Of a stretch of DNA of 27,160 bases, positions 1 through 8,500 are shown piece by piece. The stretch's first letter is position 1. Each line of letters begins with the position of its first letter. The stretch comes from a virus (lineage: Duplodnaviria > Heunggongvirae > Uroviricota > Caudoviricetes). A program made the translations under genes and the position numbers. The notes below the pieces were generated by a model that did no database searches, was not told the DNA's origin, and saw only the letters and a list, made by a program, of their open reading frames with translations. The DNA is taken from the IMG/VR virus record IMGVR_UViG_2778261088_000006; one strand, given 5' to 3'.

Positions 1-77
1 GGTAAGCAGAGTTTTTGAAATGTAAGGCCTTTGAATAAGACAAAAGGCTGCCTCATCGCTAACTTTGCAACAGTGCC
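1..77 (+). mobile_element. IS26 right end (partial; element continues left of the window): 3' end of tnp26 plus 14-bp terminal inverted repeat
   Basis: Bases 2-25 encode ...VSRVFEM-stop, the C-terminus of the IS26 transposase as I recall it; bases 64-77 TTTGCAACAGTGCC are the reverse complement of the IS26 terminal IR GGCACTGTTGCAAA; the intervening bases also match my memory of the IS26 end. Not database-verified. Confidence 0.85.
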
Positions 78-185
78 ATCATAGATATTGTCCCGTTCGA
101 CACCTGCGGCGCGCAAGGCGTCGTGCTGCAGGTCGAGAGACTGCGAGCCATCGGCTTTGGAGACGCGGGCATATCCGATCAGCAT
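78..185 (-). pseudogene. tnpR: 5' fragment (36 codons) of a serine-recombinase resolvase gene, truncated by IS26
   Basis: Reverse complement from 185 reads ATG CTG ATC GGA TAT GCC CGC GTC TCC... = MLIGYARVSKADGSQSLDLQHDALRAAGVERDNIYD, a typical resolvase/invertase N-terminus with the catalytic-serine motif YARVS. The frame runs directly into the IS26 IR at 77. Divergent from tnpA as in Tn3-family elements. Confidence 0.7.
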
Positions 186-310
186 GTATCACAAACGTTG
201 GTTTGAGGCGGCGCTTCGGCCACGATTGCATTGACCTCTGGAAGTGTATCTCAACCAGCTTCATAAACAAAGCGTCTTGAACGCTATCAGATTTTGAAAA
301 AGGAACATGT
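186..310. promoter_or_regulatory. tnpR-tnpA divergent intergenic region, expected to hold the res site and divergent promoters
   Basis: 125-bp spacer between divergently oriented tnpR (start 185, minus) and tnpA (start 311, plus). Tn3-family elements with this layout place res here. Individual res subsites were not delimited. Confidence 0.4.
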
Positions 311-3196
311 ATGCCGCGTCGCGTCACTCTAACCGATCGGCAGAAAGACGCGCTGTTGCGCTTGCCGACTTCACAGACGGATTTGCTCAAGCACTATACG
401 CTGAGTGATGAAGACCTTGGGCATATCAGGCTGCGTCGGCGCGCTCACAACAGGTTCGGCTTCGCCCTGCAATTGTGTGTCCTGCGCTATCCCGGCCGGG
501 TGCTGGCTCCAGGCGAACTGATCCCTGCAGAGGTCATCGAATTTATCGGAGCGCAGCTTGGCCTGGGTGCCGACGATCTCGTAGACTATGCTGCCCGCGA
601 GGAAACACGGCACGAGCATCTTGCCGAGTTACGGGGGCTCTACGGCTTCCGCACCTTCTCCGGACGTGGTGCGAGCGAGCTGAAGGAATGGTTGTTCCGA
701 GAAGCCGAGATGGCGGTGTCGAACGAGGATATCGCCCGTCGCTTCGTAGCCGAGTGCCGACGCACCCGCACTGTCCTTCCCGCGACATCCACGATCGAGC
801 GGCTTTGTGCCGCGGCTCTCGTCGATGCCGAGCGACGCATCGAGACGAGGATCGCCAGTCGGCTGCCTATGTCGATCCGAGAACAGTTGCTGGCATTGCT
901 CGAGGAGACGGCTGATGATCGGGTGACCCGTTTTGTGTGGCTGCGCCAGTTCGAGCCTGGCTCGAACTCTTCGTCGGCCAACCGGCTGCTCGACCGGCTC
1001 GAATATCTGCAACGCATCGATCTCCCCGAGGATCTGCTTGCCGGCGTTCCTGCCCATCGGGTGACTCGTCTGCGCAGGCAGGGTGAACGGTATTATGCCG
1101 ACGGCATGCGCGATCTCCCGGAGGACAGGCGGCTTGCGATCTTGGCTGTTTGCGTCTCGGAATGGCAGGCGATGTTGGCCGACGCAGTGGTCGAAACCCA
1201 CGACCGGATCGTCGGCCGTCTCTACCGTGCTTCGGAGCGTATTTGCCATGCAAAGGTCGCAGACGAAGCGGGGGTGGTGCGTGACACCCTGAAATCCTTC
1301 GCCGAGATCGGGGGCGCCCTGGTCGATGCACAGGATGATGGCCAGCCGCTGGGCGATGTCATCGCGAGTGGGTCAGGGTGGGACGGCTTAAAAACCCTTG
1401 TTGCAATGGCAACCAGGCTGACCGCCACCATGGCCGACGATCCGCTCAATCATGTGCTCGACGGTTATCACCGCTTCCGCCGATACGCTCCACGCATGTT
1501 GCGCCTGCTCGATCTGCGAGCTGCGCCCGTTGCACTGCCGCTTCTGGAAGCGGTGACGGCCCTTCGTACCGGTTTGAACGATGCCGCGATGACCAGCTTC
1601 TTGCGGCCCAGCTCGAAATGGCATCGCCACCTTCGGGCCCAGAGGGCTGGCGACGCTCGCCTATGGGAGATCGCGGTGCTGTTCCATCTGCGCGATGCGT
1701 TCCGCTCCGGAGATGTCTGGCTTACTAGGTCCCGGCGCTATGGCGATCTGAAACACGCACTCGTTCCGGCACAATCCATCGCGGAAGGCGGTCGTCTCGC
1801 TGTGCCATTGCGGCCGGAGGAATGGCTGGCAGACCGGCAAGCTCGCCTCGACATGCGGTTGCGCGAGCTTGGCCGTGCCGCTCGCGCAGGCACGATCCCG
1901 GGCGGGTCGATTGAAAACGGCGTTCTGCATATCGAGAAACTCGAAGCCGCCGCGCCGACAGGCGCCGAAGATCTGGTGCTCGATCTCTACAAGCAGATCC
2001 CGCCCACGCGCATCACCGATCTCCTGCTGGAGGTGGATGCGGCGACCGGCTTCACCGAAGCGTTCACCCATCTGCGCACAGGAGCACCCTGCGCTGACCG
2101 GATCGGGCTAATGAACGTTATCTTGGCGGAAGGGATCAACCTCGGCTTGCGCAAAATGGCGGATGCGACAAACACCCACACCTTCTGGGAATTGATCCGC
2201 ATTGGACGGTGGCATGTCGAGGGCGAAGCCTATGACCGGGCGCTGGCCATGGTGGTCGAGGCACAGGCAGCGTTACCCATGGCCCGGTTCTGGGGCATGG
2301 GCACGTCGGCTTCGAGCGACGGACAGTTCTTCGTCGCTACAGAGCAAGGTGAGGCCATGAACCTGGTCAACGCGAAATATGGCAATACCCCGGGCCTGAA
2401 AGCCTATAGCCACGTCTCCGACCAATATGCGCCGTTCGCAACCCAGGTGATTCCTGCAACGGCAAGCGAAGCGCCTTACATCCTCGATGGCCTGCTGATG
2501 AACGATGCTGGACGCCATATCCGCGAGCAGTTCACCGACACGGGCGGCTTCACCGATCACGTCTTTGCCGCATGTGCCATTCTCGGCTACCGGTTCGCTC
2601 CGCGCATCCGCGACCTGCCATCCAAACGGCTCTACGCGTTCAATCCGTCGGCCGCCCCGGCGCACCTGCGAGCGTTGATCGGCGGAAAGGTCAACCAAGC
2701 CATGATCGAGCGCAATTGGCCCGACATCCTGCGCATCGCCGCCACCATTGCTGCCGGGACCGTCGCGCCAAGCCAGATTCTGCGGAAACTCGCCTCCTAT
2801 CCGCGGCAGAACGAGCTCGCGACAGCCCTGCGGGAAGTCGGTCGCGTCGAGCGCACCCTGTTCATGATCGACTGGATTCTGGATGCCGAACTCCAACGGC
2901 GTGCCCAGATCGGGCTCAACAAAGGCGAAGCTCATCATGCGCTGAAGCGGGCAATCAGCTTCCACCGCCGCGGTGAAATCCGCGACCGTTCCGCCGAAGG
3001 CCAGCATTACCGCATCGCCGGCATGAATCTGCTCGCCGCCATCATCATCTTCTGGAACACCATGAAGCTCGGCGAGGTCGTTGCAAACCAGAAACGCGAT
3101 GGAAAGCTGCTATCGCCCGATCTCTTGGCCCATGTTTCGCCGCTCGGATGGGAACACATCAATCTCACCGGAGAATATCGCTGGCCAAAGCCTTAG
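311..3196 (+). CDS. tnpA: Tn3-family transposase, 961 aa, apparently intact
   Basis: Uninterrupted 961-aa ORF in GC-rich DNA, N-terminus MPRRVTLTDRQKDALLRLP, size and composition typical of Tn3-family TnpA. ATG at 311 follows an AAGGA ribosome-binding site. The stop codon lies inside the terminal IR, as is usual in this family. Many opposite-strand ORFs here are GC artefacts. Confidence 0.9.
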   Translation: MPRRVTLTDRQKDALLRLPTSQTDLLKHYTLSDEDLGHIRLRRRAHNRFGFALQLCVLRYPGRVLAPGELIPAEVIEFIGAQLGLGADDLVDYAAREETRHEHLAELRGLYGFRTFSGRGASELKEWLFREAEMAVSNEDIARRFVAECRRTRTVLPATSTIERLCAAALVDAERRIETRIASRLPMSIREQLLALLEETADDRVTRFVWLRQFEPGSNSSSANRLLDRLEYLQRIDLPEDLLAGVPAHRVTRLRRQGERYYADGMRDLPEDRRLAILAVCVSEWQAMLADAVVETHDRIVGRLYRASERICHAKVADEAGVVRDTLKSFAEIGGALVDAQDDGQPLGDVIASGSGWDGLKTLVAMATRLTATMADDPLNHVLDGYHRFRRYAPRMLRLLDLRAAPVALPLLEAVTALRTGLNDAAMTSFLRPSSKWHRHLRAQRAGDARLWEIAVLFHLRDAFRSGDVWLTRSRRYGDLKHALVPAQSIAEGGRLAVPLRPEEWLADRQARLDMRLRELGRAARAGTIPGGSIENGVLHIEKLEAAAPTGAEDLVLDLYKQIPPTRITDLLLEVDAATGFTEAFTHLRTGAPCADRIGLMNVILAEGINLGLRKMADATNTHTFWELIRIGRWHVEGEAYDRALAMVVEAQAALPMARFWGMGTSASSDGQFFVATEQGEAMNLVNAKYGNTPGLKAYSHVSDQYAPFATQVIPATASEAPYILDGLLMNDAGRHIREQFTDTGGFTDHVFAACAILGYRFAPRIRDLPSKRLYAFNPSAAPAHLRALIGGKVNQAMIERNWPDILRIAATIAAGTVAPSQILRKLASYPRQNELATALREVGRVERTLFMIDWILDAELQRRAQIGLNKGEAHHALKRAISFHRRGEIRDRSAEGQHYRIAGMNLLAAIIIFWNTMKLGEVVANQKRDGKLLSPDLLAHVSPLGWEHINLTGEYRWPKP

Positions 3197-3229
3197 CGTA
3201 GGATTCCGCCCCCTCCCGCAAACGACCCC
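3192..3229. repeat. 38-bp Tn3-family terminal inverted repeat (right end of transposon)
   Basis: Reverse complement of 3192-3229 is GGGGTCGTTTGCGGGAGGGGGCGGAATCCTACGCTAAG: outer GGGG and inner ACGCTAAG are the conserved ends of Tn3-family 38-bp IRs. GC-rich sequence stops and AT-rich DNA begins just beyond 3229. The partner IR is not in the window. Confidence 0.55.
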
Positions 3230-3564
3230 AGAAAGCAATCAAGTTACCGCGCAAGGAATCCGGCAAATACATTCTCCACCAAAGCATCTTCGATTCCGAA
3301 CACGATAAAAAAGGCGATGAATTTTTCAACATCAACTGGAGCGAAATAACGACAGAGCATGTTCTGACGTTACTATGTTGCTTTGCGACGGAATACAACA
3401 ACGTTGCCAGCGGCGACTACATCAGGGCAATGGCTGGAGAAGTTGAGGACCGCCAAGAACCATCGTTACTAAGTCCACTGATTAACATAATTCTGGGCAC
3501 CCAGATACTGGAACAAAAAAAAGTGCCGAAAGGGGTATTAACAGGCAAGCATAATTATTTTTAA
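3230..3564 (+). pseudogene. 3' remnant (about 111 codons, no start codon) of a gene interrupted by the transposon insertion
   Basis: Frame beginning at 3230 is open to TAA at 3562-3564 in AT-rich DNA where stops are otherwise frequent; it has no plausible start and begins exactly at the transposon IR. Translation ...GDEFFNINWSEITTEHVLTLLCCFATEYNNVASGDYIRAMAGEVEDRQEPSLLSPLINIILGTQILEQKKVPKGVLTGKHNYF. Same strand as the downstream RelA/SpoT gene. Product not recognised. Confidence 0.35.
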
Positions 3565-3657
3565 CAATTATATGCAGTAATTTTGTGGTTATATTCTCCA
3601 TTGATTTTCTAACCGCTTTATCATTAGATGTAACAGCATGTAAATCATTTAAAATGG

Positions 3658-4794
3658 ATGAAAGCAATGGGGAATGAAGTTTATCAAAGTCAAAAATGCA
3701 AGTTGAAATATTCAAAATCTCAAATTGATAGGGCTGCTCAATTGATAAGGCACGGGTGTAGTGACGAAGAAAGGCAGCAAGCTATTGAAATGATACAAAA
3801 TTTCCGTGAGCTGCATCTTTATCCATTAATGCTCATGAAAAATCATTTAGCAAGAGCAGCTGCTAAGGTTGACAAAGACAAAAAGATTCTCGTTGCAAGA
3901 AGACTTAAGCGACTTTCTACCATAATAGATAAACTAGAGCGTCCTAGTCTTGATGGAGGCAGAACTAGCAATGCAATTAAATTAACACGGATGCAGGACG
4001 TTGGCGGATGTAGGGCCATTGTCAGAAACTTAGACCAGTTGATACAGCTAAAGGAACGTCTTTTAAAAAGCAAATCTGTTCATAGGATTGTTAAAGAGTA
4101 TGATTATCTTACTCCCAAAGACAGCGGCTATAGTGGAATCCACCTTGCATACAGTTGCTTCGATCAGAAAGAGGAGCAATATCCGTGGCGAAAAACAAAG
4201 ATTGAGATACAGTTAAGAACTCAATTGCAGCATGCTTGGGCTACTAGCCTTGAAATAATTGATACCCTTGAAGGTATCAAGCTGAAAACTTCAAGTGAAG
4301 GGCATCCAGAATGGAGACGATTTTTCTATCTAGCCGGATGTCTTGTAGCGCACGACGAAAAAGCCTGCACTCTTGATGAGCTAGTTGTATCTCAGTATGA
4401 AGGCGAGCTTAAAGAGCTGGAACGGACTTTATCTGTACGGAGGAAACTAAGCACATACACCCTCGCCTTAAATTTAACTTCTGACGCGAATTTGATTAAG
4501 AAGTTGCCAAAAAATCATAAGGGGCATTACTTAGTAACAATGAGAAATGCAGAAAACAAGCCCAATACAAAAAACAAAAAAATGTTCCTAGTGTCTGTTC
4601 GCGCATTTAAAACAAAAGAAGCAGATGAAGCCCTTGAGGCCTTAAATAAAGACGATTCTGATCCTAATGTATTGATATCTGTTCTCGTTGCTACAGATAA
4701 CATTAAGTCACTAAAAAAAGCCTACCCCAACTATTTTGGCTCAACAAACCAGTTTACAAAATTCTTAGATAAGCATCTTCGTAACGAAGGATAG
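3658..4794 (+). CDS. RelA/SpoT-domain nucleotidyltransferase with C-terminal extension; candidate fused toxSAS (CapRel-like) defence protein
   Basis: 378-aa ORF with the RelA/SpoT synthetase motifs in order: RLKRLSTIIDKLER (aa 81-94), DVGGCRAIV (114-122), KDSGYSGIHL (154-163), EIQLRTQLQHAWA (183-195). About 180 residues follow the catalytic core. An alternative start ATG lies at 3667. Confidence 0.8.
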   Translation: MKAMGNEVYQSQKCKLKYSKSQIDRAAQLIRHGCSDEERQQAIEMIQNFRELHLYPLMLMKNHLARAAAKVDKDKKILVARRLKRLSTIIDKLERPSLDGGRTSNAIKLTRMQDVGGCRAIVRNLDQLIQLKERLLKSKSVHRIVKEYDYLTPKDSGYSGIHLAYSCFDQKEEQYPWRKTKIEIQLRTQLQHAWATSLEIIDTLEGIKLKTSSEGHPEWRRFFYLAGCLVAHDEKACTLDELVVSQYEGELKELERTLSVRRKLSTYTLALNLTSDANLIKKLPKNHKGHYLVTMRNAENKPNTKNKKMFLVSVRAFKTKEADEALEALNKDDSDPNVLISVLVATDNIKSLKKAYPNYFGSTNQFTKFLDKHLRNEG

Positions 4795-4800
4795 TTGCTT

Positions 4801-4829
4801 AATTTTGCCCGGTAATTCCGGGCAAAATT
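4801..4829. terminator. Perfect hairpin between convergent genes; probable bidirectional terminator
   Basis: AATTTTGCCCGG-TAATT-CCGGGCAAAATT: 12-bp perfect stem with 5-nt loop, 7 nt after the RelA/SpoT stop and immediately after the stop of the minus-strand gene at 4831. Confidence 0.45.
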
Positions 4830-4830
4830 G

Positions 4831-5079
4831 TCAATCTGCATTCAGGAGCAATGCGTTATCTATGATGATCTGCTCCCATTCTTCGAATGCCCGGTCGCGG
4901 ACGCCCTGGGGAACGCTGTTAGTTTTGAAATCGACGACCGTACGCCATTTCCCGTCCGGACGGTACATGCGCAGAGCTTTACTTCCCCCTTCCCTGCGCA
5001 CCTCAACGTTATGCTTGTCAGCAAACTCTTGTAATGCTCGTAGCGTCCCATGCTTTACTGTGTAGTATCGCTTTTTCAA
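4831..5079 (-). CDS. lxc: Small protein, 82 aa; position matches P1 Lxc
   Basis: ORF overlapping the upstream ulx-like gene by 4 nt (ATGA) and lying downstream of darB on the same strand, the order I recall for P1 (lxc, ulx, darB). Symbol assigned by synteny only. Confidence 0.55.
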   Translation of the reverse strand: MKKRYYTVKHGTLRALQEFADKHNVEVRREGGSKALRMYRPDGKWRTVVDFKTNSVPQGVRDRAFEEWEQIIIDNALLLNAD

Positions 5080-5516
5080 GTTTTCTCTCCAGCCTGTGCC
5101 AAGGCTTCAACTTCCAAATCGTAAGACTCAAACTCATAGTCCTGGTCGTCAACCTCTTCAGGCACTGGCAGTAAATGCCAGGCTGAGTATATCTGACCAT
5201 TATCAAAACGCTCCTGGCTGTAGAGCGTCGCGGCTATGAGCGTCAGCGCCGGACGGTCATAACGGTAAATTTTGCGAACGTCACGGTCAACGAGACGACC
5301 GAAATTACCATAACCGCGCTCCAGTAATAATTTTTTAATTTCCGGCCAGTATGGACCATAGCTGCGGTACAGGCGGGGATTTTTCAGTAATCGCCCGCGT
5401 AGCCCTGACAGGAAGAAATCAACGTATTCGTCTTCTGTCTTTCCTAACAACGCTGTACGGAGTACCGCCTCAAGATATGTTTTATTCGGTTTTATTGTAT
5501 CAGATAGTGTGGCCAT
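5076..5516 (-). CDS. ulx: 146-aa protein; position matches P1 Ulx
   Basis: ORF immediately downstream of darB on the minus strand (darB stop 5550, this start 5516). Symbol assigned by synteny only. Confidence 0.55.
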   Translation of the reverse strand: MATLSDTIKPNKTYLEAVLRTALLGKTEDEYVDFFLSGLRGRLLKNPRLYRSYGPYWPEIKKLLLERGYGNFGRLVDRDVRKIYRYDRPALTLIAATLYSQERFDNGQIYSAWHLLPVPEEVDDQDYEFESYDLEVEALAQAGEKT

Positions 5517-5549
5517 ATTATGCGACGCCCGGCGAACCGGGCGCTCCTG

Positions 5550-8500
5550 TTATGCGTATTGTTGGATGACGGCCAGAACGTCCGCCACGTTGTGTTTTGT
5601 CTCGATAATCCACCAGTTACCCGGGAAATCGCTGTTCTTCGCCTTCGCTGGCAGCCAGCGAGCGCCGAATTTCGCCTTGATTGCGTCTTTCGCACGGAAA
5701 AGAACGCCTTTCATGCCTGAGGCTTCCTGAAGCCCAAATACCTCGCCAGCGGCGAATTTTGGTGCGTACATCATCTTCAGGTCGGCGGTGGATACGCGAT
5801 AATTCAGACCAAGAGACTGAGCTATGCTGGTGGCATCACCCTGTATTGATGATAACTCTTCTTGTTTCTCGTTTCTGGCGGCAATCTCTTCCTCCGTGAT
5901 GTTGCCAAGGGCCAGGTTTATCCGATCAGCGTCGGCCTGTTTCTCTTCATCGGTGCGCCCGGCAAGAACCGTGTTAATTCTCTGCAATATCTCCACATGA
6001 TTCTTGCGCATGCTGAGCAATTCCGGCGTAACCTCGTTAAGATCCACCAGCCCAAGGATGGCAAGGTCGGAAAACATTGATACCAGGTTGTAGGTCATGC
6101 GATAGCTGAGTTGACCATAGGCTGATGGCAACTGCACCGCATCCATTTTATAGGCATCCATAAATTTAGAGCCGTCGTTTACGACATCCGCAATTGCCGG
6201 TGTGATTTTTCCTGTGGTGGCGGCCTCCCTGATTGCTGTTACCCACGATTGAGTCAGCGCGGAAACTGCATGATTCAGATTGGCTTTGCGTTCTGCTGCA
6301 ATGCGCGCGCTTGCAGCGTCCATTGACTGTTTGATCTCGTCTTTATTGCTGTAAATGCCAATGGTGCCAAACTGTGCTGTGGTGATCTCATAATCTGACG
6401 CCCGGAACTCATTGGTACCGAAAATGGCATTGGTGACTTCAAGTTCAGAATCCCCGTTACGAGTAGCCCCCTGGCTTGTTTTTTCCGGCATTCTGGCGAT
6501 CGCATCCGCTATTTTCTCCTGAATTGCTTCAGGGGATAGCGTATCTCCGTATGACGCGATTACATCGCCATAATTGGAGCCAAACAGTTCAACCAGGAAT
6601 GTTTCTGCCGAACGGATCTGGCGGTTATTCCCTTCCGACATCATACCAAGCACCCATTTTGCAATTGACGACTTCAGCGCGCCGTCACGGCGATCCGGGT
6701 AAACCGCATGCTTCAGTGGGTCCGTATAGGTACCAACAAAATCGATGCTATAGCCTGACTCTGTAGTCTGAACGCCGTATGAGTCAGTGATTTTGATCAT
6801 GCCGCGCTGCTGGAAACGGTAGAAATCGTCACAGGAAATGATGTCGTTAATCCCGGCGATGGAGACGCCACCACTGATTTTCTGCATAACAGCATCTTCA
6901 TCGGGAGTTACATCCACCTGTTTATCCAGCGTCTTCACATCCCAGTTACCCGATTTGGTGCCTCTTAAGGTAAAGATGATCTCCACGTCTGCGCGCTGGC
7001 TGTCGAAGTCCAACGACTTAATGCGAACGATATCACCGGCACAATCGTAGTATTGGCCTACACGCCATGAGCGATCGCCGATAACAAGGAACTCATTCGC
7101 ATGGTTAACCAGATCAGGATCAACATCCAGAATGCCTTTATTTATTGCATCCTCCACCAGCGGGCGCAGGCGTTTGATATCCGTCGCGGCCTTCTGAGTA
7201 CGGTTCAATAATTTCTCATAGCGGGAGATGGCCTGAGAGATATTAGCCTTGCGCTGAATGGCGCTTTTCAACGACGCGCGATACTGTGCTAACAACGTAC
7301 GGTCTGTGTGATGGACGCTACCCCAGCGGGCTTTCCAGTCTGCGTTATCAGCTGCTTTGGCCATTACCGCCTGTTTGAATTTAGCTACCTCGGCGGTGGT
7401 CTTTTCAAGTTCCGCTTTGCTTCGCTTTAATTCAGCGGTAAGTACCTCCACATCCTCGCCAGCTGCGTGCTGCGCCTTGATGTAATTCTGAAGGTCGATA
7501 GTAGCCTGTTCTTTCTGGCGAGCGCGTTTCGCAGCTTTCGCCTTATCCATTTGAACCTGCATCATTGCCAGACGTTCGCCGTCATCCTTCGCGGTATACA
7601 TCTGCATTTCGATCATGTCATTGGCGTCGGCGTTCTCCATTTCCGACTTATCTGAACGGAGGATATCGGAGATCCAGCCTGCTTTACGCTTCAGCGTCTT
7701 CAATCGGTATTCATCGAAAGACCCCTTGCCGCAGTAGTAGTGAACGCGAACGCTTGCACGGTTGGAGCCAACTCGAGCACCGCGACCGTTACGCTGTGCG
7801 ATACTGGCTGGTGTCCATGGCAACGTCAGATGATGGATGTCAGTCGTTCCTCGATGCAGGTTGATACCCACCTCTGCCTTTTTGTTGCAGATGATGATCG
7901 GAGTCCGGCCCTCCTGGAAGTCGGCTGCAATCTTTTCCAGACCGCCCAACGACATTTCATTCTGCTGCGCGATATAGGCGTCATACAGAGCCATTTGCTC
8001 GTTGTATTTCGCTATCTGTGCATCTGTTGGTTCATCCGGTAACTCTTTCGGCGGTTTAACCGCTTTCAGTTTCTTACCGGTTTTACCTGCCTCGGCAACC
8101 GTCTGAGCATTCAGGATCCCCACCTTTGAAGGTTCAAGGTTAAGAGCATTGCAGATAATGCGCTTGAGCTTCTGGTGCTGCGTTTTTTCGTCCGTGAAGA
8201 TGATTTGCTTACCTTCCGGGAAAAACTCCTTCAGCGTGGCGATCAGCTTCACGTATTTGGGCGTAACGGGGTGAGTTACAGTCTGTTCGTCAATGCCAAA
8301 CTTGGCCAAGCGCTTATTCACTTCCTGCTCGAACGCTTCCGGAACCTGCAACTGAATAAACTCGCCCTTATCTATCAGGGAGTATTGCGATTGCTGCGTG
8401 ATTGAATCATCACTGTCGTCGTCTTCGCTGGTGGCTTGTTTGGGCAAACTGTCCGCCAGCTGCTGCACCGCATCGGCGTACTCCGGCAGGAAACGATAGG

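Noticed and set aside
65-280. 71-aa plus-strand ORF spanning the IS26 end and the resolvase fragment
   Set aside because: Crosses the IS26/transposon junction and lies antisense to the recognisable tnpR N-terminus; it is a junction artefact.
371-3007. Numerous ORFs of 80-250 aa on both strands inside tnpA (e.g. 629..1249 minus, 2273..3007 minus, 475..915 plus)
   Set aside because: High-GC DNA has few stop codons in any frame; all are nested within the intact 961-aa transposase frame and their translations are Arg/Ala/Pro-rich low-complexity sequence.
3176-3260. Possibility that the transposon terminus is a long (about 81-bp) inverted repeat rather than 38 bp
   Set aside because: Only the conserved 38-bp outer segment can be recognised without the partner end; the longer repeat cannot be assessed inside this window.
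3482-3715. 77-aa minus-strand ORF overlapping the RelA/SpoT gene start
   Set aside because: Antisense to two better-supported plus-strand frames and lacks a convincing ribosome-binding site.
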